A DNA stretch of 64,000 nucleotides from an uncultured Clostridia bacterium (GCA_944364615.1 CALVWF010000003.1:26428-90427), one strand, 5' to 3'; counted from the first letter of the stretch, positions 27,387-38,349 are shown. A program made the numbers and translations. Notes: generated by a model from the letters alone, not told the origin.

Positions 27387-28293
27387 TGTATTTGTCGTTC
27401 AACAGTGTCAGTCGGGAATACGCCTCGATACGTTTGTCGCTCAGGTTGCCGATATCACACGATCTCATGCAGGCAAGTTGCTTAAAGACGGATGCGTCAC
27501 GGTAAACGGTCAAGTAAAAGACAAATCGTATTGCGTAAAAGCGGAAGACAGCGTTACGGTCGATATTCCTGAAGATGTCAGTTGCGACATTCCTCCACAG
27601 GACATTCCTATTGACATCGTATACGAAGACTCCGACGTTCTTGTAATAAACAAGCAACAAGGGCTTACGGTACATCCTGCAAACAACGTGTATACGGATA
27701 CGCTTGTCAACGCATTGCTTTTCCATGTAAAAGATTTAAGCGGTATAAACGGAGTGTTGCGTCCCGGAATAGTACATCGTCTTGACAAAGACACAAGCGG
27801 ACTTATGATGGTAGCCAAAAACGATTTTGCGCACAACAGTCTTGCCGCTCAGATACAGTCGAAGGAATGCAGACGAATTTATATTGCGCTTACCGAAGGC
27901 GTAATAAAGGAAGAGGGCGGAACGGTGGACAAGGCAATCGCGCGAAGCACAGTCGATCGCAAAAAAATGGCTGTCGACCCAAACGGGCGCAGTGCGGTGA
28001 CATTGTATAAAGTAATACAGAGATATAAAAACAATACTTTATTGCGCCTTGAATTAAAAACAGGTCGTACGCATCAGATAAGGGTGCATTGCAAATATAT
28101 AGGACATCCCGTAGTAGGCGACAAAACGTACGGATACAAAAATCAGCGTTTTAACCTTGACGGTCAACTCTTGCACGCCTCTGAAATAATGTTTACTCAT
28201 CCGCGAACGGGTGAGCAGATGCATTTTCAGGTGGATTTGCCAGACTATTTCAAACGGGTTCTTGCAGTTCTCGAACATGAAAAGATAAATTAA
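27373..28293 (+). CDS. rluD: RluA-family 23S rRNA pseudouridine synthase (RluD-like)
   Basis: S4-like N-terminus, catalytic HRLDKDTSGLMMVAK, and KTGRTHQIRVH. It follows lspA, as in Bacillus. Confidence 0.9.
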   Translation: MKMSDVFVVQQCQSGIRLDTFVAQVADITRSHAGKLLKDGCVTVNGQVKDKSYCVKAEDSVTVDIPEDVSCDIPPQDIPIDIVYEDSDVLVINKQQGLTVHPANNVYTDTLVNALLFHVKDLSGINGVLRPGIVHRLDKDTSGLMMVAKNDFAHNSLAAQIQSKECRRIYIALTEGVIKEEGGTVDKAIARSTVDRKKMAVDPNGRSAVTLYKVIQRYKNNTLLRLELKTGRTHQIRVHCKYIGHPVVGDKTYGYKNQRFNLDGQLLHASEIMFTHPRTGEQMHFQVDLPDYFKRVLAVLEHEKIN

Positions 28294-28307
28294 ACGGAGG
28301 AGCAGTA

Positions 28308-29141
28308 TTGAAAACCATAGTTTCTCTTACCGATCTTAAACGTGAGGAAATTTCTCTCGTACTTGAAAGCGCTGTACAAATGCGCAGACTTGTGTTGTCA
28401 ACGTTCAAAAAGGGACCGCAACTTGCAGGGAAAACCGTTGCGACGTTGTGGAAACAGCCGGATAAACAAAGTATGGGATTTCAACTTGCGGCAGGCTATA
28501 TGTCGGCAAACAGTTACGTTTACTACGATGTGAAGGATGTCTTCGACTGTTGTTGCGCTTTGGACAACATGGGGGTAAACACCGTTGTCGCTCAATGTGA
28601 AAACGACAATCTGATTCGCAAAATTGCAGATTCATTGAAGTGTTCCTTTATAAACGGCGGTTCGGCGCAGTACGACCCGGTGGGAGTGCTTGCCGACCTG
28701 ATGGCTTTGCAAAGCAAAACGGACGGCCTTCGCAATTTAACCGTTCTTGCCGTCGGCAACAAACAGACAAACAAAATTTCCGAATTGTCCTATTGCCTGT
28801 CATTGTTCGGTTCGGCGTTGGTGTGGTATTTGCCCGATTCGGATTACGCTACAAACCGTAAAGGTGTTGTATTGGGTGATATAAAAGCGGCATTCGCAGG
28901 AGCGGATGCGGTGATTGACATAGGTCTTGACGTTTATTCCGAAGCATCGCAGTATTACGGCGCGACTGGAGGTATATCGTCAAAACTGATGGATTCGGCT
29001 CGTGTCAACGCACCTCTGCTGGGCAGCCGAACGGTGGTGGATGCGCTGGGAATAAAACAATACGCGCACAGTATCGTAAATACCCGTGACAGTTGCTACG
29101 CATCGGTGGCAATGGCACTGTTGTATATACTTAACAGATAA
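28308..29141 (+). CDS. aspartate/ornithine carbamoyltransferase-fold protein with degenerate active-site motifs
   Basis: TTG start after GGAGGAG. The N-terminus SLTDLKREEISLVLESA..GKTVATLW aligns to PyrB, but S-T-R-T-R is PDKQSMG and H-P-T-Q is YDPVG. Confidence 0.6.
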   Translation: MKTIVSLTDLKREEISLVLESAVQMRRLVLSTFKKGPQLAGKTVATLWKQPDKQSMGFQLAAGYMSANSYVYYDVKDVFDCCCALDNMGVNTVVAQCENDNLIRKIADSLKCSFINGGSAQYDPVGVLADLMALQSKTDGLRNLTVLAVGNKQTNKISELSYCLSLFGSALVWYLPDSDYATNRKGVVLGDIKAAFAGADAVIDIGLDVYSEASQYYGATGGISSKLMDSARVNAPLLGSRTVVDALGIKQYAHSIVNTRDSCYASVAMALLYILNR

Positions 29142-29161
29142 ACTTTAAAGGGAGAGTAAAA

Positions 29162-29455
29162 ATGAAACTGTCTGAAAAAATCATTATTTCCGCATTAATC
29201 ATCGCGTTGTTGCTTGCAGTAGTGGGACTTATTCTTGAAAGTAAAGTAGTTACTTTCATTGCAATGGGATTGCTTGCATGTATTGCCGTTGCATATACGA
29301 TTATACAGATATCGGAGTATTTCAAGGTTATGGACGAGCCGACGGAAGGGAAAAAGCAACTGGTGCTTCTCATAGTTACCGTTGTGGTTTGTCTAATTAT
29401 TCTGTGCCTTGCAATTCTTACATTTACAGGAAAATTGTTCACTTCGATTGCCTGA
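29162..29455 (+). CDS. small membrane protein (97 aa, 3 TM)
   Basis: AAGGGAGAG precedes the ATG. Hydrophobic helices. A terminator follows. Confidence 0.6.
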   Translation: MKLSEKIIISALIIALLLAVVGLILESKVVTFIAMGLLACIAVAYTIIQISEYFKVMDEPTEGKKQLVLLIVTVVVCLIILCLAILTFTGKLFTSIA

Positions 29456-29467
29456 CGTCAGGCGGTC

Positions 29468-29506
29468 AAAAAACAGCCTTGCGCAAAATGCGCAAGGCTG
29501 TTTTTT
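29468..29506. terminator. bidirectional intrinsic terminator
   Basis: AAAAAA-CAGCCTTGCGC-AAAAT-GCGCAAGGCTG-TTTTTT. Confidence 0.85.
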
Positions 29507-29710
29507 AATGTTTATATCTTTTAGTTTACGTCAAACGGTTCCGTCGAGATGCGTAGTGCTAATTCGCCTGTTTAAAGGTGGAATATAAAAAGGTGCGTCG
29601 CAAGGAGCGAAAGATGTCCGTGTCAGCGGGCGAAGTTGCATTAAAGACAGTATTTGTATTTCCAATAGTGTCAAAATTTCAATGTGCGTGACAAGTTTTT
29701 CCGTGAAATG

Positions 29711-31414
29711 TCACTTTTCTTTTACAAGCAGTTCGGGATGCTGATTCGGGTTTACTATTACAGTATTGTAAGAAGTATAAAATGCTGACCCTATCGCTCC
29801 CTTGGGAGGTTTTCTTACGTTTTCACGGCGAGTATAGTCAACTGCTATTTTGCTGCCTTCCCTTGCCTGCGAGTAGTAGGCGGTGATTTCCGCGCTTTTT
29901 ACTATTACATCGTCAGGTATGTTTTTGCCGGATATAACTACGTGCGACGAGTGTATTTGTTGAGTGTGAAGCCACATGTCGTCCGGCTTTGCCAGTTTGT
30001 AGGTGACAAGATTGTTTTGAATGTTGTTTTTGCCTACAAGCACAGTATATCCTTCGATATTGTAAGTCAGCGGTTTGGAGGGGGGCAGTGTTTCCTTTTT
30101 GACCTTTTTGTATTTTATTATGCCCGCGTCCTCCAATTCCTTTACTATTTCCGCAAGGTCTGCTGTTTCGTTGCAGTATTTTAACGATTGTTTTACCGTG
30201 TTAAGGTAGTCGAGCAAACGTGAATTTTCCTCGATTAATTTTGTGTTGTGTTCAACCGTGCTTTTCATTTTACGGTATTTTTTGTAGTAGTGCTGCGCGT
30301 TTTGCGTGCCGTCCATCGACGGATCAAGAGTAACGGTTATTTCGGGACAGTTTTCGTCATAGTAGTCTGTTACCGTGACTTCCCTGTCGTTTCGTTTTAT
30401 TCGGTAGAGGTTTGCAAGTATCAGGTCGCCGTACTTCTTGAACTGCAGACTTTGTTGTCCTTCGAGTACGCTTTGCCTTTGTATTGCAAGTTTCTTTTCG
30501 GTACGGGCAATTGCATTTTTGATTACAGTGCTGACCGACTTTGCCTTGTCGGCAAATCTCTGCGCTTTGTCCAGCAGATAGAAATAGTCGTCGTGTGCTT
30601 CGTTGAGCGTTTCATATGTCACGACATTACCTTTTTTGCTCAGATACGGAAAGGGCAAGACTTCGGTAGGCACGCCCTTTTCGTTGTATAAGATCACGGG
30701 ATGCGGATGTTCGAGTTTGGTCAGATACTGTTGAAACGCCGACACGATTCGCTGTGCGTTTATTTCGCTGTGGATGTTTTCGTCTATTCCGTATGTAACT
30801 TCGTTGACGGTTACAGACGACACCCCGAGAACCGTTTCTGACAGGTATTTTCTTAACGGCAGATTGGAGGAGGTGACGAGATTGGCTATTTTGGGATCGT
30901 CGGGAGCGAGTTTATCTCGCGGAGGGAAGAACGTGTATTTTACGCCCGGCATTATCAGACGTGTGCTGTTGATATCCTGCGGCAAATGTTTTATACTGTC
31001 CAGAACAAGGTAATTTTCTTCTGCAAGAATTATGTTCGAGGTTTTTCCAGTAAGTTCGAATATCAGATGCATTGTGCGCTGATATCCCAGTTCGTTTTTG
31101 TTGAGCAGCGTAAAATTAACAACTCTTTCAAACGGAACCTGACTTATTTGGGTTATTTGCGCGTTTGTGATGTGCTTTCTGAGTAACATACAGAAATTGG
31201 GCGCGACTGCGGGGTTATCGGTATTTTTGTCGGTAAGATGTATCCGGTTTACTCCCGCGTTGGCGGAGATAAGCAACTTGAATGACTTTCCGTTGAATAC
31301 GGAAAGCACAATTTCATCCTTTTCGGGCTGATAAATCTTGTTGATTTTGCCGCCGAGGATGGTTTTTTTGAATTCGTCGGTCAATACCGAAAGCGTAAGC
31401 GCGTCAAATGCCAT
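29711..31414 (-). CDS. rqcH: RqcH / fibronectin-binding protein A family (NFACT, ribosome quality control)
   Basis: 567 aa. NFACT-N start MAFDALTLSVLTDEFKK..GGKINKIYQPEKDEIVL. C-terminal DUF814-like WLHTQQIHSSHVVI. Confidence 0.85.
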   Translation of the reverse strand: MAFDALTLSVLTDEFKKTILGGKINKIYQPEKDEIVLSVFNGKSFKLLISANAGVNRIHLTDKNTDNPAVAPNFCMLLRKHITNAQITQISQVPFERVVNFTLLNKNELGYQRTMHLIFELTGKTSNIILAEENYLVLDSIKHLPQDINSTRLIMPGVKYTFFPPRDKLAPDDPKIANLVTSSNLPLRKYLSETVLGVSSVTVNEVTYGIDENIHSEINAQRIVSAFQQYLTKLEHPHPVILYNEKGVPTEVLPFPYLSKKGNVVTYETLNEAHDDYFYLLDKAQRFADKAKSVSTVIKNAIARTEKKLAIQRQSVLEGQQSLQFKKYGDLILANLYRIKRNDREVTVTDYYDENCPEITVTLDPSMDGTQNAQHYYKKYRKMKSTVEHNTKLIEENSRLLDYLNTVKQSLKYCNETADLAEIVKELEDAGIIKYKKVKKETLPPSKPLTYNIEGYTVLVGKNNIQNNLVTYKLAKPDDMWLHTQQIHSSHVVISGKNIPDDVIVKSAEITAYYSQAREGSKIAVDYTRRENVRKPPKGAIGSAFYTSYNTVIVNPNQHPELLVKEK

Positions 31415-31550
31415 ATCAGTTACTCCTTATATGTCAATATATTACTATATTTACCATATTTGTTCAAGCGTAAGAGCGTCAAATCATTGATTATTTTGCG
31501 ATAATGTGGTACAATACCGTATTGAACGGAATAAACCATTGGAGGATATT

Positions 31551-32843
31551 ATGAAATACGTTACAGAAAAGAACAATGCCAAACTTACTGTTACATTCAA
31601 AGTAAATGCAACAGAGTGGGAAGGTGCAATGCAAAAGGCTTACGAACAGAATAAGAGTAAGTACAGTGTGCCCGGTTTCCGTAAAGGACATACTCCTCGC
31701 AGAGTTTTGGAGAATATGTACGGAAAGGGACTTTTCTTCGAAGATGCACTTTATATCTGCGCACAAGAATATTACAGCGAGTTTTTGGATAAAAATAAAG
31801 ATGTACAGCCCGTTGCACGTCCCGTTATCGATGAAAAGTCCGTCAAGGCAAATGACAAGGGTGTTACCTTTGCGGTCGATGTCGTAGTAAAACCCGATGT
31901 GGAATTGGGTCAGTATACCGGTCTTACAATCAAAAAGAGCAAGCCTGCAACGGTAAAAGCAGCGGAAGTCGACGCAGAAGTGGAACGCATAAGAGAACGC
32001 AACGCACGTTTCGTGGAAATTACAGACCGTGCCGTTCAGCAGGGTGACGAAGTAAACCTCGATTACAGCGGAAGCGTTGACGGCGTAAAGTTTGAAGGCG
32101 GCACAGCGGAAAAGCAGACGCTCGTAATAGGAAGTCACACGTTTATAGAAGGTTTTGAAGACCAACTCGTGGGAATGAACATCGGCGAAACGAAAGATAT
32201 AAACGTAACATTCCCTGCCGAGTACCATGCGGAAGACCTTAAAGGTAAGGCTGCGGTGTTTACCGTAAAGATAAACGCCATCCGTGTAAAAGAACTGCCC
32301 GAACTCGATGACGAATTTGCCAAGGATGTAAGCGAATTTTCGACGCTTAAAGAATACAAAGACGACATCAAGAAAAACATGAAGAACGAAAGAGCCAAGG
32401 AGGCAGAAATCAAGGATGAAAACACCTTGATGGAAACCATAATATCTTCCGCCCAAATAGACATTCCCAAGGAAATGATTGACGAACAGATTGACGATTT
32501 CGTCGAAGACTTCAAGTATCAGTTGATGTACCAGGGACTTAATATCGACAATTACTTTAAGTATACCAACAACACAATGGAATCTTTGCGCGCCAATTAC
32601 ACGGAACGTGCGGAAAAGGCTGTTCGCACAAGACTTGTACTGGAAGAAATTGCCAAGAAGGAAAATCTTAAAGCGGACCCCGCAGTAGTCGACGCCAAAA
32701 TCAAGGAATATGCAGTGCAGGCAGGTATCGAAGTTGACAAGTTTACCGCTCAACTCACACCCGATCAGAGAGTATATTTCGAAAATCAGGCAATCACCGA
32801 AAGCCTTATCGAATTTTTGAAAAAATCCAACACGATTGCCTGA
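31551..32843 (+). CDS. tig: trigger factor
   Basis: The ATG at 31551 follows TGGAGGA. VPGFRKGHTPRRVLE signature. It precedes clpP-clpX. Confidence 0.95.
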   Translation: MKYVTEKNNAKLTVTFKVNATEWEGAMQKAYEQNKSKYSVPGFRKGHTPRRVLENMYGKGLFFEDALYICAQEYYSEFLDKNKDVQPVARPVIDEKSVKANDKGVTFAVDVVVKPDVELGQYTGLTIKKSKPATVKAAEVDAEVERIRERNARFVEITDRAVQQGDEVNLDYSGSVDGVKFEGGTAEKQTLVIGSHTFIEGFEDQLVGMNIGETKDINVTFPAEYHAEDLKGKAAVFTVKINAIRVKELPELDDEFAKDVSEFSTLKEYKDDIKKNMKNERAKEAEIKDENTLMETIISSAQIDIPKEMIDEQIDDFVEDFKYQLMYQGLNIDNYFKYTNNTMESLRANYTERAEKAVRTRLVLEEIAKKENLKADPAVVDAKIKEYAVQAGIEVDKFTAQLTPDQRVYFENQAITESLIEFLKKSNTIA

Positions 32844-32875
32844 TACAAAGGCAACATTTAAGGGAGTTTTAAAGT

Positions 32876-33460
32876 ATGAGACTTATACCTATGGTAGTAG
32901 ATCGCACCGACAACGGTGAACGCAGTTACGATATATATTCGCGTCTGTTGGAAGACAGAGTAGTGTTTTTGTCAGGTGAAATCGATGACGAAACGGCAAA
33001 TACCGTTGTCGCGCAATTGATTTATCTTGAATCCAAAGATCCCGACAAGGACATTTCGCTGTATATCAACAGTCCCGGAGGAAGCGTCACTGCCGGTCTT
33101 GCCATTTACGATACAATGCGTTACATCAGATGCGATGTTTCTACCATATGCGTCGGAATGGCTGCCAGTATGGGGGCGGTGTTGCTTGCAAGCGGGGCAA
33201 AGGGAAAACGTTACGCTCTTCCCAACAGCGAAATAATGATACATCAGGTGCTGGGCGGAGCAAGCGGTCAGGCTACCGATGTGGAAATACACACACGTCA
33301 CCTTCTTGCAACCAAGGAAAAACTCATCGGAATACTCTCCGAACTTACAGGCAAGCCTGTGGAACAGGTAAGATCCGATACCGAAAGAGACAACTTCTTG
33401 TCTGCCGAACAAGCCAAAGATTACGGCATTGTGGACGAGGTGTACTACACCAGAAATTAA
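32876..33460 (+). CDS. clpP: ATP-dependent Clp protease proteolytic subunit
   Basis: [28 protein letters not shown] (Ser), MIHQ (His). Confidence 0.97.
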   Translation: MRLIPMVVDRTDNGERSYDIYSRLLEDRVVFLSGEIDDETANTVVAQLIYLESKDPDKDISLYINSPGGSVTAGLAIYDTMRYIRCDVSTICVGMAASMGAVLLASGAKGKRYALPNSEIMIHQVLGGASGQATDVEIHTRHLLATKEKLIGILSELTGKPVEQVRSDTERDNFLSAEQAKDYGIVDEVYYTRN

Positions 33461-33476
33461 TTAAAGGAAGTAAATA

Positions 33477-34700
33477 ATGGAACAACATTGTGCTTTTTGC
33501 GGTAAAGCGGAATCGGAAGTAAAGAAACTCATATCTTCCGGTACAGGCATTTGTATCTGCGATGAATGTGTTGCCGTCTGCAACGACATTCTGGATACTA
33601 CCGAGGACGTAAGCAAACCGGAAAAAACTTTTCATTTGCCTACTCCCAAGGAAATAAAAAGACAACTTGACGAATACGTAGTAGGTCAGGAATTTGCCAA
33701 AAAAACTCTTTCCGTGGCAGTTTACAATCACTACAAACGCGTCAAGGCTCATCTTGAAGGCAGTGCGGAAGACGACGGCGTCGAACTGGAAAAGAGCAAT
33801 ATTTTAATGCTCGGACCTACAGGAAGCGGCAAAACGTTGCTTGCAAAGACGCTTGCCCGTATTCTCGACGTGCCCTTCGCCATTGCAGACGCCACGACGT
33901 TGACGGAGGCAGGCTATGTCGGCGAAGATGTGGAAAACATTCTGTTGAAACTTATACAGAACGCCGACTACAATATTGAAAAAGCGGAAAGAGGAATAAT
34001 TTACATCGACGAAATTGACAAAATTGTCAAAAAGACGGAAAACGTATCTATCACCAGAGACGTTTCGGGCGAGGGCGTTCAGCAGGCTTTGCTGAAAATA
34101 ATAGAAAGTACCGTTGCCAACGTTCCTCCGCAAGGCGGCAGGAAACATCCTCAGGCAGAATCAATTGCTATCGATACCACAAATATCCTGTTTATTTGCG
34201 GCGGTGCATTTGTCGGATTGGACAAGATAGTGGAAAAACGTTTGTCGACAGGCGGACTGGGATTCGGCAAGCACATCAAATCGGATGAAATGGATGCCGT
34301 TGAACTTGTAAAGAACTGCCAGCCGCAGGACTTTATAAAGTATGGTCTGATACCGGAGTTTGTAGGACGTCTGCCCATTACGATAGGATTGACTGCTCTT
34401 GACGAAACGGCATTGGTAAAGATTCTTACCGAACCCAAGAATTCCCTTGTCAAACAGTATCAGAAGTTGCTCAAGATGGACAACATAGATCTGGTGTTTG
34501 ACGAAAAAGCATTGCATGCCGTTGCACGTCGTACATTAAAACTCAATACCGGAGCAAGAGGATTGCGTTCGGTACTGGAAAAGATTCTGTTGAATTTCAT
34601 GTATGACGCTCCCGATGACAAACAGATAGAAAAAATCCTGGTGCAGGAAGATTGCGTTGAAAAGGGTGCCGAACCCAAAATAGTCAAACGTGCGAGTTAA
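33477..34700 (+). CDS. clpX: ATP-dependent Clp protease ATP-binding subunit ClpX
   Basis: Zinc ribbon CAFCGK..CICDECV, Walker [18 protein letters not shown]. Confidence 0.97.
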   Translation: MEQHCAFCGKAESEVKKLISSGTGICICDECVAVCNDILDTTEDVSKPEKTFHLPTPKEIKRQLDEYVVGQEFAKKTLSVAVYNHYKRVKAHLEGSAEDDGVELEKSNILMLGPTGSGKTLLAKTLARILDVPFAIADATTLTEAGYVGEDVENILLKLIQNADYNIEKAERGIIYIDEIDKIVKKTENVSITRDVSGEGVQQALLKIIESTVANVPPQGGRKHPQAESIAIDTTNILFICGGAFVGLDKIVEKRLSTGGLGFGKHIKSDEMDAVELVKNCQPQDFIKYGLIPEFVGRLPITIGLTALDETALVKILTEPKNSLVKQYQKLLKMDNIDLVFDEKALHAVARRTLKLNTGARGLRSVLEKILLNFMYDAPDDKQIEKILVQEDCVEKGAEPKIVKRAS

Positions 34701-34704
34701 CGTA

Positions 34705-34735
34705 AAGCCGATGTAAAAAAATACATCGGCTTTTT
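34705..34735 (+). terminator. intrinsic terminator after clpX
   Basis: AAGCCGATGTA-AAAAA-TACATCGGCTT followed by TTT. Confidence 0.8.
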
Positions 34736-34818
34736 AGTTGCATTTAATGCGATATTAATTTATAATATTGCATACCGAATTGATTTTACTACACATACTT
34801 AACGTAAAATATGCAAGT

Positions 34819-37149
34819 ATGGTTAAGAGGTACCAATTGAAAAAACTTACACAATTACCTTTACTTGCGTTGAGAGGAAATATCATATTCCCTCACAACA
34901 CAACTCAACTTGAAATTGCCCGTGTAAAATCCGTAAACACTGTGAAATTTGCGCTTGAAAACGGTGGCAAAATCATCATCGTCAGCCAGTTGGACAGTGC
35001 TAAGGACGTTCCAGCAGGCATTGACGACTTCTTCCCCGAAGGCGTGTATGCGGAAGTCACGGGTATAATGTCACAGAAAGACGACATTCTGGTGGTTGCC
35101 GTGCGCACGCTGGAAGGTTGCCATATTTTGCGCGCCGATTGTTCGGGCGAAGTTTATTTCGCCGACGCCGAAACAATCGACTACTATGTTGCCGATGCGC
35201 TCAGCGCCAAAGCAATGTATCAGAAAACGCTTGAATGTCTGGACAGATACGCAAATATCAATAAAATGCTCAATAAAAGTGCAATAAAGGCTCTGGCGGA
35301 AAACAGTGCCGTAGATTACATTTCATTTGTGGACGTGGTTGCCAATGACATAGTGTTCCGTCTTAAAGACAGACAGGAGATACTTGCCGAGCCTTCTGCC
35401 GAAAAGCGAATGGAAGACCTTTGCGTATATCTGTTAGGAGAAATGGAAATTGCCAAGGCGGAAAAACGTATTGCCAATCGTGTGAAAAAGCAGGTGGAAG
35501 ACGGACAGAAAGAGTACTACCTTCGTGAAAAAATGCGTGCTATATCCAAGGAACTCGGTGAAGACGAAAACGAGATGCTCGAATACCGCAAACGCATCGA
35601 AGACAGCAAGATGCCCGCAGAAACTGCGAAAAAGGCAAACAAGGAAATCTCGAGACTGTCCAAGATGGCTCCTACTTCGCCCGACGCCTCGGTTATCCGA
35701 AACTATGTAGACTGGCTGTGCGACATTCCGTGGTACAAGGAAACGACCGACAACACGGATCTCAAACTTGCCCGTCGCATATTGGATGAAGATCATTACG
35801 GCTTGGAAAAGATAAAGCAGCGTATTATTGAATACCTTGCGGTAATGCAATTGACGGGAAAACTAAACGGACCCATTCTTTGTTTCGTAGGACCTCCCGG
35901 GGTGGGTAAGACGTCTATCGTCAAAAGCATTGCCCGTGCTTTGGGAAGAAAATATCTCAGAGTAAGTCTGGGCGGTGTTAGAGACGAAGCGGAAATACGC
36001 GGCCACAGACGTACGTATGTAGGCGCAATCCCCGGTAAGATTATATACATGATGAAACAGGCGGGAGTCATCAACCCGGTGCTGTTGTTGGACGAAATAG
36101 ACAAAATGGGTAAGGATCAACGTGGCGATCCCGCCAGCGCAATGCTGGAAGTGTTGGATCCTCAACAGAACAACACCTTTACCGATCACTTTCTGGAAGT
36201 GCCTTACGATTTGTCCAAAGTATTGTTTGTATGTACAGCCAATGCAACCGACGACATACCCGAACCTTTGCTGGACCGTATGGAAATAATAGAACTGTCC
36301 GGCTATACCGAACAGGAAAAGGTGGCAATTGCAGAAAAATTCTTATTGCCCAAGAACATGAAATCTCACGGAATTCCCGAAGGTCGTATCGTAATAGGTC
36401 CCGAAACTTTCCTGAAAGTTATAGAACGCTATACGAGAGAATCCGGAGTGCGTTCGCTCGAACGTGAAGTGGCTGGAATATGTCGCAAAGTAGCCCTTAA
36501 ACTTGTTGAAGACAAAGACGCCGTTGTTACCGTAACACCGGAAAACCTGCATGAGTTTTTAGGAGTGGAAAAGTTCAAAGACGAAGCGGTGGACACCGAG
36601 CCTACCGTAGGTTCTGCCACGGGACTTGCCTGGACGAGAGTGGGCGGAACGACTCTTGCAATAGACGCAACTCTGTTCCCCGGTAAAGGCGAAATCCTGC
36701 TTACCGGAAAATTGGGGGACGTTATGAAAGAATCCGCACGTACCGCAATAAGTCTTGTGCGTTCTCTTGCCGAAAAATACGGAATCGACAAGGAAAGATT
36801 TGAAAAGACGGACATTCACATTCACGTACCGGAAGGAGCCATTCCTAAGGACGGTCCCAGCGCCGGTGTAACAATGGCTACTGTAATAATGTCTGCATTC
36901 ACTTCAATGCCTGTCAGCCGTCAGGTTGCGATGACAGGTGAAATAACGCTCAGGGGAAAGGTTCTGCCTATCGGCGGTCTAAAAGAAAAAGCCCTTGCTG
37001 CTTACAGATTGGGTATAAAGAAGATAATCATTCCCAAGGACAATCTGCGTGACGTCGACGAAATTCCGCAGGACATTGCGTCGCAGATACAGTTTATTCC
37101 TGCAAAAACCATAGACACAGTGTTCGACAATGCACTTATCAAGGTATGA
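34819..37149 (+). CDS. lon: endopeptidase La (Lon protease)
   Basis: LPLLALRGNIIFPH (LON N-domain), GPPGVGKTS, PKDGPSAGVTMAT (catalytic Ser). The start at ATG 34819 lacks a clear RBS. The ORF track start at 34768 is the alternative. Confidence 0.93.
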   Translation: MVKRYQLKKLTQLPLLALRGNIIFPHNTTQLEIARVKSVNTVKFALENGGKIIIVSQLDSAKDVPAGIDDFFPEGVYAEVTGIMSQKDDILVVAVRTLEGCHILRADCSGEVYFADAETIDYYVADALSAKAMYQKTLECLDRYANINKMLNKSAIKALAENSAVDYISFVDVVANDIVFRLKDRQEILAEPSAEKRMEDLCVYLLGEMEIAKAEKRIANRVKKQVEDGQKEYYLREKMRAISKELGEDENEMLEYRKRIEDSKMPAETAKKANKEISRLSKMAPTSPDASVIRNYVDWLCDIPWYKETTDNTDLKLARRILDEDHYGLEKIKQRIIEYLAVMQLTGKLNGPILCFVGPPGVGKTSIVKSIARALGRKYLRVSLGGVRDEAEIRGHRRTYVGAIPGKIIYMMKQAGVINPVLLLDEIDKMGKDQRGDPASAMLEVLDPQQNNTFTDHFLEVPYDLSKVLFVCTANATDDIPEPLLDRMEIIELSGYTEQEKVAIAEKFLLPKNMKSHGIPEGRIVIGPETFLKVIERYTRESGVRSLEREVAGICRKVALKLVEDKDAVVTVTPENLHEFLGVEKFKDEAVDTEPTVGSATGLAWTRVGGTTLAIDATLFPGKGEILLTGKLGDVMKESARTAISLVRSLAEKYGIDKERFEKTDIHIHVPEGAIPKDGPSAGVTMATVIMSAFTSMPVSRQVAMTGEITLRGKVLPIGGLKEKALAAYRLGIKKIIIPKDNLRDVDEIPQDIASQIQFIPAKTIDTVFDNALIKV

Positions 37150-37784
37150 AAATAAAAAAAGCACAGTACGTCAAAGGCGCAAGCGACTATAAACAGTGTA
37201 TCGTCAGCGAGTTGCCTCAAATAGCCATTGCGGGAAAGTCCAACGTCGGCAAGAGCAGTTTTATCAATCTGCTCGTAAACGACGGCAAGTTGGCACGCAC
37301 CTCAAAGTTGCCCGGCAGAACAAGACTCATCAATTATTTTGCGGTGGACACCGACTGCGGAGAATTGTTGCTTGCAGATCTTCCCGGTTACGGATTTGCC
37401 AAGGTTTCCTTTGAGGAAAAGAAGAAGTGGAGCGTGCTGTTGGAAAAGTATCTTGCCAACGGACATATAGACCATGTCATCTTTCTTGTGGATATCAGAC
37501 ATGATCCGACAAAGGACGACCTTGTGATGTACAATTATCTGTTTACCAACAATCTGCCTTTTACGGTAGTGGCCACAAAAAGCGACAAGATAGGTAAAAG
37601 TCAGGTCAGAAACAGGTGCCGCACGCTTGCTTCACAGTTTAAAGTGGGCGAAAACAACGTAATTGCAGTGTCGGCGTTGAACAGAAACGGACGTGATGCG
37701 ATACTGGAAAGACTTGAACAGATCGTAAATGCGCATTATGGCTCATACCGTATGCAAGAAGATGCGGACGTCGTCGGGCAGTAA
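37146..37784 (+). CDS. engB: ribosome biogenesis GTP-binding protein YihA/YsxC
   Basis: The ATG overlaps the lon stop (ATGA). GKSNVGKSSFIN (G1), DLPGYG (G3), TKSDK (G4). Confidence 0.93.
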   Translation: MKIKKAQYVKGASDYKQCIVSELPQIAIAGKSNVGKSSFINLLVNDGKLARTSKLPGRTRLINYFAVDTDCGELLLADLPGYGFAKVSFEEKKKWSVLLEKYLANGHIDHVIFLVDIRHDPTKDDLVMYNYLFTNNLPFTVVATKSDKIGKSQVRNRCRTLASQFKVGENNVIAVSALNRNGRDAILERLEQIVNAHYGSYRMQEDADVVGQ

Positions 37785-37812
37785 ACCGACATTATCCGAT
37801 CGAAAGCGTAAA

Positions 37813-38349
37813 ATGAATAAATTCAAAAAGTTTGAGAAAACGGAAAACATATTCAGATGGGTTGCGTTTGTCATAACGTTGGCAGTTTTAGTATATTTGG
37901 TGACAACGGTGCTGACATCCGACGAATTTGACGCCCGTGCTTTGACTGCTTGCATCGTCTTTGCAGCATGGGGCGTAACAGTCGTGATATTTTTTCTCAT
38001 ATTTGATGCAAAGCGCAACGTATTTGTGGCGATGTACTTCGGCAGGGTATCGCCGCAGGATATGGCAAAGGCAAGAGATCTGTTGCCCCGTTTAAAAACG
38101 GCGGTCAAGGGTAAGTACGCATTTTTAGGTGAAGAACAGTACCAGTTCGATGTCCATATGCTGAAATGCTATTTAAAACAAATTGCCAAAGGGAATAAGG
38201 TATATTATAAGGTTTGCGGTGTGTTTATCGAAATAGACAATGCAGTGCAGACCGCATCGGAAAAAGACCTTGACGAAAATGCCGAATTTAACGATTTTTT
38301 CAAAAAGACCGCACAACTTTTACGGGAAAACAGTTACGGTGCCGATTGA
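37813..38349 (+). CDS. hypothetical membrane protein (178 aa)
   Basis: ATG at 37813. Two TM helices followed by a soluble domain. I recognise no motif. Confidence 0.55.
   Translation: MNKFKKFEKTENIFRWVAFVITLAVLVYLVTTVLTSDEFDARALTACIVFAAWGVTVVIFFLIFDAKRNVFVAMYFGRVSPQDMAKARDLLPRLKTAVKGKYAFLGEEQYQFDVHMLKCYLKQIAKGNKVYYKVCGVFIEIDNAVQTASEKDLDENAEFNDFFKKTAQLLRENSYGAD

Noticed and set aside
28290-28310. A PyrR-binding attenuator upstream of the carbamoyltransferase-like gene.
   Set aside because: The spacer is only 14 nt, and no ARUCCAGAGAGG-like sequence is present.
31491-32753. 420-aa minus-strand ORF opposite tig.
   Set aside because: It lies in the exact codon-complement frame of a certain gene. 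Its composition is rich in F, V, C, Y and H, as expected for the antisense of GAA/AAA-rich coding sequence. It has no RBS. I treat it as a shadow ORF caused by avoidance of TTA, CTA and TCA codons.
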